Below are positions 25,407 to 33,439 of a stretch of 33,439 bases of DNA, in pieces. Position 1 is the stretch's first letter. Each line of letters begins with the position of its first letter. Origin of the DNA: Eubacteriales Family XIII. Incertae Sedis bacterium (GTDB lineage Bacteria > Bacillota > Clostridia > Peptostreptococcales > Anaerovoracaceae); contig JAITPU010000028.1 of assembly GCA_031289235.1 (NCBI GenBank), forward strand, positions 1-33,439, read 5' to 3'. Below the pieces are notes generated by a model. The model did no database searches. It was not told where the DNA came from and saw only the letters and a list, made by a program, of their open reading frames with translations. Made by a program: the position numbers and the translations under genes.

Positions 25407-26398
25407 GGACGTTCTCCTCGTTTCATCGACATACTAAAATCCGCCAGCTCCCGCCGGAAATCTTCCCCGCTCGCGGCCGTGTTCAGCCTTCCGCGCAGCC
25501 CCGCCGAGCCGCGCACGCCTCTGAGATACCAGGCCGCGTGCTTGCGCATCTCTCTCACAGCGGCGTATTCCCCCTTTTCCGCCGCGACCATGCCTAAATG
25601 CCGGGCGGCCATCTCCAAACGTTCGGCCGGCGCGGGCTGCGGCGGTTTTGTCCCGTCCCGCCAGAGGGCCTCCGCTTCTCTGAATATCCATGGATTCCCC
25701 AGCGCGCCTCTCGCGATCATCACGAAGTCACAGCCGGTTTCACGCAGCATTCTCATGGCATCCTCCCCACACATGACGTCCCCGTTGCCGATGACCGGTA
25801 TGTTTACGGCGGCCTTGACATCCCTCACGGCGCGCCAATCCGCCCTGCCGCTGTAATACTGCTCGCGGGTGCGCCCATGGACCGTGACGGCGGCTACCCC
25901 CGCGCCTTCTAAGATTTTCGCCATTTCCACGGCGTTGACGCTGCCCGCGTCCCAACCTACGCGTATCTTCGCCGTCACAGGCTTCACTGAAGCGGAAACC
26001 GCCGCTTCCGCCAGTTTGCCGGCCAGCTCCGGCGTTTTTAAAAGGGCTGCGCCTTCCCCGTTTTTTACTATCTTAGGCGTCGGGCAGCCCATGTTAAGGT
26101 CTATCGCCGCGTTTTCACCGTCACTCAGAAAACCGGCCGCGAAAGCTATGATTTCCGGTTCGCAGCCGAAAATCTGATAGGCGAGCGGCTTTTCATCCTC
26201 ATATGTCGCGAGAAGGCGTTCTGTATTTTTGCTGTGATACCACAGCCCTTTTCCGCTTATCATTTCCGAAAAGACCATGGCCGCGCCGAATTCTTTGCAA
26301 ATCCTTCTGAACGGCGCGTCTGTCACTCCCGCCATAGGCGCCAGCAGGAAGGGATTTTCCAATCGCAGATCGCCTATTCTCAAAGGCTTTCCGTTCAT
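25403..26398 (-). CDS. dusB: tRNA-dihydrouridine synthase
   Basis: 331 aa with LAPMAGVTD and NMGCP (catalytic Cys) motifs in an FMN TIM barrel. Its start overlaps the coaX stop. Confidence 0.9.
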   Translation of the reverse strand: MNGKPLRIGDLRLENPFLLAPMAGVTDAPFRRICKEFGAAMVFSEMISGKGLWYHSKNTERLLATYEDEKPLAYQIFGCEPEIIAFAAGFLSDGENAAIDLNMGCPTPKIVKNGEGAALLKTPELAGKLAEAAVSASVKPVTAKIRVGWDAGSVNAVEMAKILEGAGVAAVTVHGRTREQYYSGRADWRAVRDVKAAVNIPVIGNGDVMCGEDAMRMLRETGCDFVMIARGALGNPWIFREAEALWRDGTKPPQPAPAERLEMAARHLGMVAAEKGEYAAVREMRKHAAWYLRGVRGSAGLRGRLNTAASGEDFRRELADFSMSMKRGERP

Positions 26399-27189
26399 TT
26401 CCCATCCGCTCTGTTCTTTTCATATATATACTGGAGGCCTTCCAGCGTGAGGAGTTTGTCAACAGTGTCGATGCACTCCACGCCGCTTTCAATCAGGCCG
26501 GACATGCCTCCGGTAGCCACGACGCGCACAGGACGCTCAAAAGGCCCGTGTTCAAGGAGTTCTTTCTTCATACGTCCGATTATATAGTCGATCATGCCCA
26601 TATGACCGTATATGAGGCCGGACTGCATACTTTCAACGGTATTGCGGCAAATCACCCTTCCCGGTTCTTCCAGTTCCACGCGTGTGAGCTTGGCGGTTTT
26701 TTCGAAAAGAGCGTCTGACGATATCTTCAATCCGGGAGCGATGCTGCCTCCCAGATATTCCCATTTTTCCGTGGCAGCACAAAAAGTCGTCGCCGTTCCC
26801 ATATCCACGACTATGAGCGGGCCTCCGTATCTGGTCAGCGCGGCCACCGTGTTGACGATCCGGTCGGAACCCACCTGTCCGGGATTATCGTATTTCACGG
26901 TGAGACCGGTCCTGATATCCGGCCCGATGACCAGCGCGCGCTTTCCGAAATATTTCACGGACAAATGCTGCAGCGTGTAAAGGATGGAAGGGACCACTGT
27001 CGAAATGATCACATCTTTTACATCCCTGATGCTCAAACCTTCGTAGCCGAAAAGCTGATTGACCACCATACCGTATTCGTCGGCGCTTTTGTTGTTGTCC
27101 GTGTTCATTCTCCAGTTCTGAACCAGCTTGCCGTCCCTGAAAACGCCTAACGCGATATTGGTATTGCCGACATCGAATGCCAATAACAT
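26395..27189 (-). CDS. coaX: type III pantothenate kinase
   Basis: 264 aa with N-terminal LLAFDVGNTN (the ASKHA phosphate-1 motif of CoaX) and VDMGTATT. Confidence 0.9.
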   Translation of the reverse strand: MLLAFDVGNTNIALGVFRDGKLVQNWRMNTDNNKSADEYGMVVNQLFGYEGLSIRDVKDVIISTVVPSILYTLQHLSVKYFGKRALVIGPDIRTGLTVKYDNPGQVGSDRIVNTVAALTRYGGPLIVVDMGTATTFCAATEKWEYLGGSIAPGLKISSDALFEKTAKLTRVELEEPGRVICRNTVESMQSGLIYGHMGMIDYIIGRMKKELLEHGPFERPVRVVATGGMSGLIESGVECIDTVDKLLTLEGLQYIYEKNRADGK

Positions 27190-27223
27190 ATTTTTCCTCT
27201 TCCGCGGCCTCTCTCGCGAGCCT

Positions 27224-27622
27224 TTATTTCAGCGTGAGCAGCAAATCACCCGCGCTTACGGAAGCGCCCTTCGTCACCTGGACGGTATCCACGGTTCCGT
27301 CGCCCGGAGCCGTGATCTCGTTTTCCATTTTCATCGCCTCAAGGACCAAAAGAATATCGCCTCCTTTTACGGCCTGTCCCGGAACGACTTTGACGTCTAA
27401 AATGGTTCCCGGCATCGGACACTCGATCCGGCGCGCGCCTGCCGACGGAGCCGCGTTTGAACCCGCGGGTGTGGGAGTCTGAACTGACGCAGGCGCGGAC
27501 GCCGCAGGAACGGGAGCTTGAACTGACGCAGACGCGGACGCCTGCGCTGATCCGGCGCTTCCCAATTCTTCGACGTCCACCGTATACGCCGTACCGTTTA
27601 CAACGATGTTATACTTTTTCAT
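27224..27622 (-). CDS. biotin carboxyl-carrier subunit of the decarboxylase (MmdC/GcdC-like)
   Basis: 132 aa with a C-terminal biotinyl domain carrying EAMKMENEI. An Ala/Pro-rich linker connects it to a short N-terminal domain. Confidence 0.85.
   Translation of the reverse strand: MKKYNIVVNGTAYTVDVEELGSAGSAQASASASVQAPVPAASAPASVQTPTPAGSNAAPSAGARRIECPMPGTILDVKVVPGQAVKGGDILLVLEAMKMENEITAPGDGTVDTVQVTKGASVSAGDLLLTLK
27480..27542 (-). repeat. in-frame 39-bp tandem duplication in the carrier-protein linker
   Basis: Plus-strand TGAACTGACGCAGGCGCGGACGCC (27480-27503) recurs as TGAACTGACGCAGACGCGGACGCC (27519-27542). The 39-nt offset is 13 codons (..ASASVQAPVPAAS / APASVQTPTPAGS..). Confidence 0.8.
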
Positions 27623-27684
27623 CTTTTAATCCTTTCTTTCGGATTGGGCGCCGCCCAAAATCAACTTCAATTCCGCGCGGTTCC

Positions 27685-28077
27685 TTACATTTTTCTGCTG
27701 GCGATAGCCTCTCGATTCCCCGCCGTCCCCCACGCGGGGACGATGCCGGCGGTCCTGTCTATCCTCCTGATAAAAAGCTCGCTCCTCACCGCGTTTTCGC
27801 CTTCATATTCGGCAATCGCAGCGGTGATCACGGCAATGAGAACAGAGTCGTCCACTGCGTTTTCATCGCCGGCGGCCGCAGGTTCGGGCTTAACGCCCGC
27901 GCCGGCCATAATTTTCGTGAGAAGGGCGATCAATCCCAAAAGCAGCGCCAGCACGACAAAGGTAATACACATGCCCATGAGCGTGGTGGTCAGCGCGCCC
28001 TGCGCCATTTCCGCGCCGCTCAGACCGAGAATAAGCTCCGGATCGGCAAATCGTTCCATCAATGACAATTCTTTCAC
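27685..28077 (-). CDS. OadG-family / MmdD-like delta subunit of the decarboxylase
   Basis: About 130 aa with one N-terminal TM helix (TTTLMGMCITFVVLALLLGLIALL) and a soluble tail. Start is uncertain: GTG 28077 lies 12 nt after GGAGG, and ATG 28059 is the alternative. The long 28158 start is rejected because it overlaps mmdA. Confidence 0.6.
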   Translation of the reverse strand: MKELSLMERFADPELILGLSGAEMAQGALTTTLMGMCITFVVLALLLGLIALLTKIMAGAGVKPEPAAAGDENAVDDSVLIAVITAAIAEYEGENAVRSELFIRRIDRTAGIVPAWGTAGNREAIASRKM

Positions 28078-28093
28078 GATTCGTATCTCCCTC

Positions 28094-29635
28094 CTACAAC
28101 GGAATATTGCCATGCTTCTTGGCAGGCAGCGACTGTCTCTTCGATCTGAGCGCGTCAAAGGCGCTGATGATCCGCTGTCTCGCGGTGGCAGGCTCTATTA
28201 CATCCTCCACATAGCCCATTTCCGCGGCTCGGTAAGGGTTGCTGAACTTCTCTTCATATTCGACGACCTTTTCCCGCCGCTTCGCGATAGGATCTTCCGC
28301 CTGTTTGATGTCGTTTTTAAACACAATGTTAGCCGCGCCTTCAGCGCCCATGACCGCTATCTGCGCCGACGGCCAGGCAAAAACTATATCCGCGCCCAAC
28401 TCCTTGTTGCACATGCCGATATAGGCGCCGCCGTAAGCCTTCCGCAGGATCATGGTCACTTTGGGAACCGTGGCCTCGCAGTACGAGTAGAGCATCTTAG
28501 CGCCATGCCTTATTATCCCGCCGGTCTCCTGTTCCACGCCGGGCAGGAAGCCGGGCACGTCTACAAGCGTCAAAAGCGGGATATTGAACGCATCGCAGCG
28601 CCGTATGAATCTCGCGGCCTTATCGGAAGCGTTGATATCAAGACAGCCTGAGGAGACATTCGGCTGGTTCGCGACGACGCCGGCCACCGCGCCGTCCAAG
28701 CGGATAAAGCAGGTCACTATGTTCCGCGCGTAATGCGGCATGACATCATAAATCACGCCATTGTCGGCCAGATTCTTTATCACTTCGTAAATATCGTAGG
28801 CTTTGCCCGGATTGTCCGGTATGATTTTGTTGAATTCAGGGATCATACGGTTTGCGCTGTCCCCGCTTTCCCGGACAGGCGCCGTTTCCAAGTTGTTGGA
28901 CGGCAGGTATCCGAGCAGATCCCGCACCGATTTCAAAGTCTCCTCGTCGCTTTTCCCTGAGAAATGCGCGACTCCGCTCACGGAATTATGCGTCATGGCG
29001 CCGCCGAGTTCTTCAGCGGAAATATCCTCGCCCGTCACCGTTTTTATGACCTGCGGCCCGGTGATGAACATGCGGCTCGTCCCCTCCACCATGAATATGA
29101 AATCCGTTATCGCGGGAGAATACACCGCTCCGCCAGCGCAAGGCCCCATGATAACGGAAATCTGCGGGATAACGCCGGAGGAAATCGTGTTGTTATAGAA
29201 GATTTTGCCGAAGCCGGACAGGGCGTTCACGCCCTCCTGTATCCTCGCTCCGCCCGAATCGTTGAGTCCGACAATGGGCGCTCCCGTTTTCAAGGCCATA
29301 TTCTGCACTTTGACGATTTTTTCCGCATGCTGTTCTCCGAGAGAACCTCCCAAAACTGTAAAATCTTGGGAATAAGCGTACGTCAGCCTGCCGTTTACGG
29401 TTCCGTAGCCTGTGACCACGCCGTCTCCCGGCGCGCCTTTCGCCGCCATGTCAAAATTATTGCATCTGTGTGACACGAACACGTCAAGTTCAACAAAGCT
29501 GCCCTCGTCGAATAAAATCGCCATGCGTTCGCGGGCGGTCAGTTTGTTCTGTCCGTGCTGGCCCTTGATCCTCTTCTCTCCTCCCCCAAGGGCGATTTCC
29601 GCCTTTCGCCGCTGAAGATCTTTAAGTTTGTCCAT
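28094..29635 (-). CDS. mmdA: methylmalonyl-CoA decarboxylase alpha subunit (acyl-CoA carboxyltransferase, PccB-like)
   Basis: 513 aa with strong family resemblance throughout (GGGEKRI..QH..KLTARER, NDSGGARIQEG, VIMGPCAGGAVYSPA). The ~510-aa size fits MmdA rather than the longer GcdA. Confidence 0.85.
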   Translation of the reverse strand: MDKLKDLQRRKAEIALGGGEKRIKGQHGQNKLTARERMAILFDEGSFVELDVFVSHRCNNFDMAAKGAPGDGVVTGYGTVNGRLTYAYSQDFTVLGGSLGEQHAEKIVKVQNMALKTGAPIVGLNDSGGARIQEGVNALSGFGKIFYNNTISSGVIPQISVIMGPCAGGAVYSPAITDFIFMVEGTSRMFITGPQVIKTVTGEDISAEELGGAMTHNSVSGVAHFSGKSDEETLKSVRDLLGYLPSNNLETAPVRESGDSANRMIPEFNKIIPDNPGKAYDIYEVIKNLADNGVIYDVMPHYARNIVTCFIRLDGAVAGVVANQPNVSSGCLDINASDKAARFIRRCDAFNIPLLTLVDVPGFLPGVEQETGGIIRHGAKMLYSYCEATVPKVTMILRKAYGGAYIGMCNKELGADIVFAWPSAQIAVMGAEGAANIVFKNDIKQAEDPIAKRREKVVEYEEKFSNPYRAAEMGYVEDVIEPATARQRIISAFDALRSKRQSLPAKKHGNIPL

Positions 29636-29688
29636 ATGATGTTTCCTTTCATATTAACCAATATAAATGGAGGCGGACTAAAGGCCCG

Positions 29689-31695
29689 TCACACTTTCTG
29701 ATCCCCGCCGCCGTCTTCCGCGCTTTCCGTTTTACCGCCGTTGTCCGCGTCGTTTTCTTCGCCGCTTTCGCTGTCCCCCGCCAGCATAAGTTCAGTCTCC
29801 TCGGCTTCCTTCGCGTTCTTACGCTGGATATGGCTTTCTTCGTGGCGGATCTTCTCAAGCAATCCCTCCAGAGTTATCCCGCCGCTGAACAACAGTTCAA
29901 ACTGCTCGCCGTCCAGCGTTTCGACCTCAAGGAGCGCGTCGGAAATAACGCGCAGTTTTTCCGCGTTTTCCTTCAGAATATTCTCCGCGCGGACGTAGGC
30001 CTCCCTGATTATGAAACGGATCTCCCCGTCTATCTCCGACGCGATTTCTTCGGAATAATTTTTCCTTGTGGAAAAATCCTTGCCAAGGAACACTTCGTCC
30101 GCGGAACTGTAATTCACAGGCCCAAGCTTCTCACTGAAACCGTATTTGGTCACCATCTCCCTGGCGATTTCCGTAGCGCGGGAGATGTCGTTGCTGGCGC
30201 CGGTGCTGATGTCGTGAAGCGTGAGTTTCTCCGCCACGCGTCCCCCGAGAAGATGTATTACCTGCTCCTCCATCTTGGTTTTAGTCATATAATACTTGTC
30301 TTCTTTGGGCAGGATCATAGTAAAGCCGCCGGCCCTCCCTCTCGGGATGATGCTTATCTGATGGACGGGATCAGTGTTCGGCAGCGCCCGCGCCACAATC
30401 GCGTGTCCGGTTTCATGGCAGGCGGTGAGCCTGCGCTCTTCTTCGCTGATAACCTTGCTCCTCTTCTCCGGCCCCGCGATGACCTTGGTAACGGCGGCTT
30501 CGATCTCGTCCATACGGATCTTGCGCCCGTTTCTCCGCGCGGTGAGCAGGGCCGCTTCATTCAGAAGGTTTTCAATATCCGCGGGGGTAAAGCCCGGCGT
30601 CCTCCGCGCGAGCACTTTTGGATCCACTTCGTCGTCTAACGGCTTGTTTCTGGAATGCACCCTGAATATGGCTTCCCTGCCCTTGATGTCAGGAATGCCT
30701 ACGACCACCTGCCGGTCGAACCTGCCGGGCCGCAGAAGCGCCGGATCCAGAATATCGGGCCGGTTCGTCGCTGAGAGGATGATAATACCCGAATTCTCTC
30801 CAAATCCATCCATTTCAACCAAAAGCTGGTTCAGCGTTTGTTCCCGCTCATCGTGCCCGCCTCCCAGCCCCGCGCCTCTTTTCCTGCCAACGGCGTCGAT
30901 CTCATCAATAAATATTATGCAGGGTGAATTTTTTTTCGCCTGTTCAAAAAGATCCCTCACCCTCGACGCGCCGACGCCGACAAACATCTCCACGAAATCG
31001 GAGCCGCTGATGCTGAAAAACGGCACGCCCGCCTCTCCCGCGGCGGCCTTGGACAGATATGTCTTGCCCGTTCCCGGCGGACCTATCAGCAGAATGCCTT
31101 TCGGGATCCTCGCGCCAAGGTCTTTGTATTTGGGCGGATTTTTTAAAAAATCCACCACTTCCATAAGCTCTTCTTTTTCTTCATCCAGCCCCGCGACATC
31201 GGCAAACACAACTTTGCGCAGTTCGTCTTCCTTATGCAGGCGCGCGCGGCTCCTGCCGAAGGACATAATCTTGCCGCCTCCTCCGGCGCCTTGGTTCATA
31301 AAGACAAAAAGAAAAAACATCAATATGCCCATCATAAGGAGAGTAGGCAAAAGCGAGAAGAAAAGAGAAGGCGCTTTTTTCTCATCGCCTTCGAAAACAC
31401 TGATTTTCCCTTCTTCCATCTGCTTGAAAATATAGGTTTCCTCAAGCCAGCTTGTCTCAATCAGGCTGGGCGAATAGCTCACAAACCTTTCGCCGCTGTT
31501 CAAGACTCCCGTGATGGTGTCACCGGCGATTTTGATATTTGTGACTCTTTCCGCTTTCAGTTCCGAAGCCAGTTCCGAGAAGGTCAGAACCTCAGGTTCT
31601 TTTTCACTGTTTCCCTCCTGATAAAACCAGGCGATTCCCAGTACGACCGCAAAAATAATTATATATATCCCCAGATTTTTGACTGTCTTATTCAA
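29689..31695 (-). CDS. ftsH: ATP-dependent zinc metalloprotease FtsH
   Basis: 668 aa with two N-terminal TM segments, AAA motifs ([17 protein letters not shown]) and the HETGHA zinc site. The acidic C-terminal tail is long. TTG start. Confidence 0.95.
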   Translation of the reverse strand: MNKTVKNLGIYIIIFAVVLGIAWFYQEGNSEKEPEVLTFSELASELKAERVTNIKIAGDTITGVLNSGERFVSYSPSLIETSWLEETYIFKQMEEGKISVFEGDEKKAPSLFFSLLPTLLMMGILMFFLFVFMNQGAGGGGKIMSFGRSRARLHKEDELRKVVFADVAGLDEEKEELMEVVDFLKNPPKYKDLGARIPKGILLIGPPGTGKTYLSKAAAGEAGVPFFSISGSDFVEMFVGVGASRVRDLFEQAKKNSPCIIFIDEIDAVGRKRGAGLGGGHDEREQTLNQLLVEMDGFGENSGIIILSATNRPDILDPALLRPGRFDRQVVVGIPDIKGREAIFRVHSRNKPLDDEVDPKVLARRTPGFTPADIENLLNEAALLTARRNGRKIRMDEIEAAVTKVIAGPEKRSKVISEEERRLTACHETGHAIVARALPNTDPVHQISIIPRGRAGGFTMILPKEDKYYMTKTKMEEQVIHLLGGRVAEKLTLHDISTGASNDISRATEIAREMVTKYGFSEKLGPVNYSSADEVFLGKDFSTRKNYSEEIASEIDGEIRFIIREAYVRAENILKENAEKLRVISDALLEVETLDGEQFELLFSGGITLEGLLEKIRHEESHIQRKNAKEAEETELMLAGDSESGEENDADNGGKTESAEDGGGDQKV

Positions 31696-31758
31696 CGCGG
31701 TGACTGCTCCCTTCTGCGGCGCAATAAATCATTTTGCTGCTGTAAATAATATCAGATT

Positions 31759-31787
31759 ATCTTATCATATCACAATGTGATATTCAA
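31759..31787 (-). promoter_or_regulatory. ftsH promoter candidate with a palindromic operator in the spacer
   Basis: On the - strand: -35 TTGAAT (31787-31782), 17-nt spacer, -10 TAAGAT (31764-31759). The spacer consists almost entirely of the perfect palindrome ATATCACA-T-TGTGATAT (31767-31783). Confidence 0.5.
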
Positions 31788-31798
31788 GCCACGGCGTT

Positions 31799-32620
31799 TC
31801 ATTCTATCCCAAAAAATCGTTTGGCGTTTTCACAGGTGGCGCGCGCTGCCTCCTCATACGTGATCTCTTTGATTGCCGCCACTTTCCTCGCCGTATACTC
31901 CACGAACGGAGAGGCGTTCGGCCTGCCGCGCAGCGGTTCGGGAGTCAGATAGGGCGCGTCTGTTTCCACGAGAAGATGTTCTATGGGCGCAGCCTCCACA
32001 ACTTCCACTGTTTTTCGCGCGTTTTTATATGTTACCGGCCCGGCTATGGAAATAGTGGCTCCCAGCTTTATATAGCGCAGGGCTTGTTCCGCGTCTCCGG
32101 AATAGCAGTGCAGGAGCAATCTCGCGTCCTTAGCCCGCGTCTTCGGGTTTTCCGGGAATCGCGAAATCCGCCGCTCGCTGAAAACGCCTTCTTCTTTCAG
32201 TATGCGCAGCACGTCTTCGCCGGCCTCCCTGTCGTGTACGATTATAGGCTTTCCCATTTCAAGCGCGAGCCGCAACTGCTTCTTGAACCAGTATTGCTGC
32301 TGTTCACTGTCCGAACGGCCGCGGTTATAATCCAGCCCGATCTCTCCAATCGCCACGACTTTTCCATTTTTTGCCAGACTTTTCAGCATGGCAAGGGCGT
32401 CCTCATCCATTTCTCTCACGCTGTGGGGATGGCAGCCCGCGGCGGCCCAGCACCAGGGATATTTTTTCGCGTGGGAAAGCGCCAGCGCGGAACTTTCCAG
32501 ATCAAATCCGACATCCACCACATAAGATACCGGCGACGCTTCTATCGCGGCGGCCAATTCTTCCCGCTCCCGCGTCGTGTAGGTCTCATTATTCAAATGT
32601 GTGTGCGAATCAAAAAGCAT
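31799..32620 (-). CDS. TatD-family metal-dependent hydrolase (DNase)
   Basis: 273 aa with N-terminal MLFDSHTHL (HxH), EIGLDY and a C-terminal ETDAPYL motif. Confidence 0.9.
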   Translation of the reverse strand: MLFDSHTHLNNETYTTREREELAAAIEASPVSYVVDVGFDLESSALALSHAKKYPWCWAAAGCHPHSVREMDEDALAMLKSLAKNGKVVAIGEIGLDYNRGRSDSEQQQYWFKKQLRLALEMGKPIIVHDREAGEDVLRILKEEGVFSERRISRFPENPKTRAKDARLLLHCYSGDAEQALRYIKLGATISIAGPVTYKNARKTVEVVEAAPIEHLLVETDAPYLTPEPLRGRPNASPFVEYTARKVAAIKEITYEEAARATCENAKRFFGIE

Positions 32621-32634
32621 GGCGATCCTCTCAG

Positions 32635-32700
32635 TTACTATCCAAACATAGGCGGGGAAGCCTCTGTCAAGCTTCCGAACTGCCGCTCAAATTCAGCGCG
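32635..32700 (-). repeat. family A repeat, copy A4 (overlaps the tilS stop codon)
   Basis: TTACTATCCAAACATAGGCGGGGAA matches 9114-9138 at 23/25, followed by hairpin GGAAGC/GCTTCC and weaker similarity to A1. 32667-32700 also encodes the last 11 aa of TilS. Confidence 0.7.
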
Positions 32701-33439
32701 GGACTTGTTTCATCAGGCAAGGCGGCGGGTTCCGCCGATACCGTCAGCGTCAGGACGCGTTTCGTTTCGCCGCCGGCCCGGTAATTTCCCGTTTTCCTGT
32801 AGCCGGGGATCCAAAGTATCTCGCTTCCCAACGCCAACAGAGGGATTCGCTCCCTTTGCTCCCGCCGGATTTTCGCGTTCACGAAAAAATCCTGCAATTT
32901 TTTCGTGCCGGCCATTCCCGAAAGCCGAATCCAGTCTCCCGCCTGTCGCCGCCGTATCACGAGTCCGGAAACGCCGTCGTAGGCGGACGTTATACTGTCA
33001 AAATCCAGTTCCAGTGTGTCCGCGCCGCATTCCGCGCTCTGTCCCGCGCTGCACACGCCTCCTCCGGCGTCGTCATTTCCCAGCGTGGGTTTCGTTTCCC
33101 CGCGTTCCGCCTCAATCAGGCCCGCGGTAAATCTGAAAACGCGGCCGTCCCCGCCGCAGACAAGCGTGACGCGCCCGCGAACCAGCGCCGCCGCCTCAAT
33201 GTCGGAGAACGAAACGCTTCTGCTCTCCCGCGCGTAACCCGCCTCAGATTCTTCAGGTTCTTCGCGAAAAAATTCCAGCATCCCATAAACTCTCCGCAGC
33301 CTGTATCCTCCCGGAAATTCAACGCGCTTGCCCGTCTCACCCGCGAGCGCCAGACGTTCCGCTGCTTTCAGATGCACGGCCGCGGCATCCTGCGAAAGTC
33401 CGATTTTTTCGAGACAGGCCAGAATGATCCGCAGGCGCA
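32667..33439 (-). CDS. tilS: tRNA(Ile)-lysidine synthetase, C-terminal part (5' end outside the window)
   Basis: The frame is open to the window edge; the M at 33377 in the ORF track is an internal GTG. It carries the TilS C-terminal domain signature (GDWIRLSGMAGTKKLQDFFVNAKIRREQRERIPLLALGSEILWIPGYR) and holds the conserved position upstream of ftsH. Confidence 0.85.
   Translation of the reverse strand, partial: RLRIILACLEKIGLSQDAAAVHLKAAERLALAGETGKRVEFPGGYRLRRVYGMLEFFREEPEESEAGYARESRSVSFSDIEAAALVRGRVTLVCGGDGRVFRFTAGLIEAERGETKPTLGNDDAGGGVCSAGQSAECGADTLELDFDSITSAYDGVSGLVIRRRQAGDWIRLSGMAGTKKLQDFFVNAKIRREQRERIPLLALGSEILWIPGYRKTGNYRAGGETKRVLTLTVSAEPAALPDETSPALNLSGSSEA

Noticed and set aside
9114-32700. 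Interpretation of the gene-3'-end palindromic repeats as integron attC sites or gene cassettes.
   Set aside because: The flanking genes are core housekeeping genes in conserved synteny (clpB, tilS, tatD, ftsH). No intI gene is present, and the RYYYAAC/GTTRRRY core sites are not evident.
1-33439. CRISPR arrays, tRNA or rRNA genes, and prophage or defence-island gene content.
   Set aside because: No regularly spaced direct repeats were seen. No cloverleaf-compatible ~75-nt segments lie in the intergenic regions. No recognisable phage, restriction, toxin-antitoxin or nuclease/helicase defence genes were seen.

Overview
This 33.4 kb window looks like a moderately GC-rich Clostridia/Firmicutes chromosome; that assignment is inferred from gene content and synteny, with no database search run. 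About 30 protein genes are tightly packed. Only the left 3.6 kb is on the + strand: a partial IS1-family transposase, an NCS1 nucleobase/hydantoin permease and a dihydropyrimidinase. Everything from 3.7 kb onward is on the - strand. In map order: GntR regulator, aconitase, ClpB, M50 peptidase, DUF815 AAA ATPase, CYTH protein, EIIC-like permease, PreA/PreT dihydropyrimidine dehydrogenase, CbiO/CbiQ/CbiM-PDGLE ECF transporter, an EF-G paralogue, a 7-TM protein, a small OadG-like protein plus decarboxylase beta subunit, LysS, GreA, DusB, CoaX, biotin carrier, OadG-like delta subunit, methylmalonyl-CoA decarboxylase alpha, FtsH, TatD and partial TilS. I found no rRNA, tRNA or CRISPR array. The most interesting signals are non-coding or organisational. 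(1) A structured, riboswitch-like 5' leader closed by a perfect 10-bp helix lies in front of the NCS1-dihydropyrimidinase operon. (2) clpB and cbiM share a nearly identical ~45-65 nt leader immediately upstream of their start codons. (3) At least two families of dispersed intergenic repeats sit at gene 3' ends, and some overlap stop codons. (4) An EF-G paralogue has Phe in place of the catalytic switch-II His. (5) Two pathways are split: reductive pyrimidine catabolism into two loci with no third-step enzyme, and the Na+-pumping methylmalonyl-CoA decarboxylase by four housekeeping genes. (6) An uncharacterised, translationally overlapped DUF815-M50 pair sits next to a CYTH gene. All functional calls rest on motif recognition by eye and need confirmation by search.
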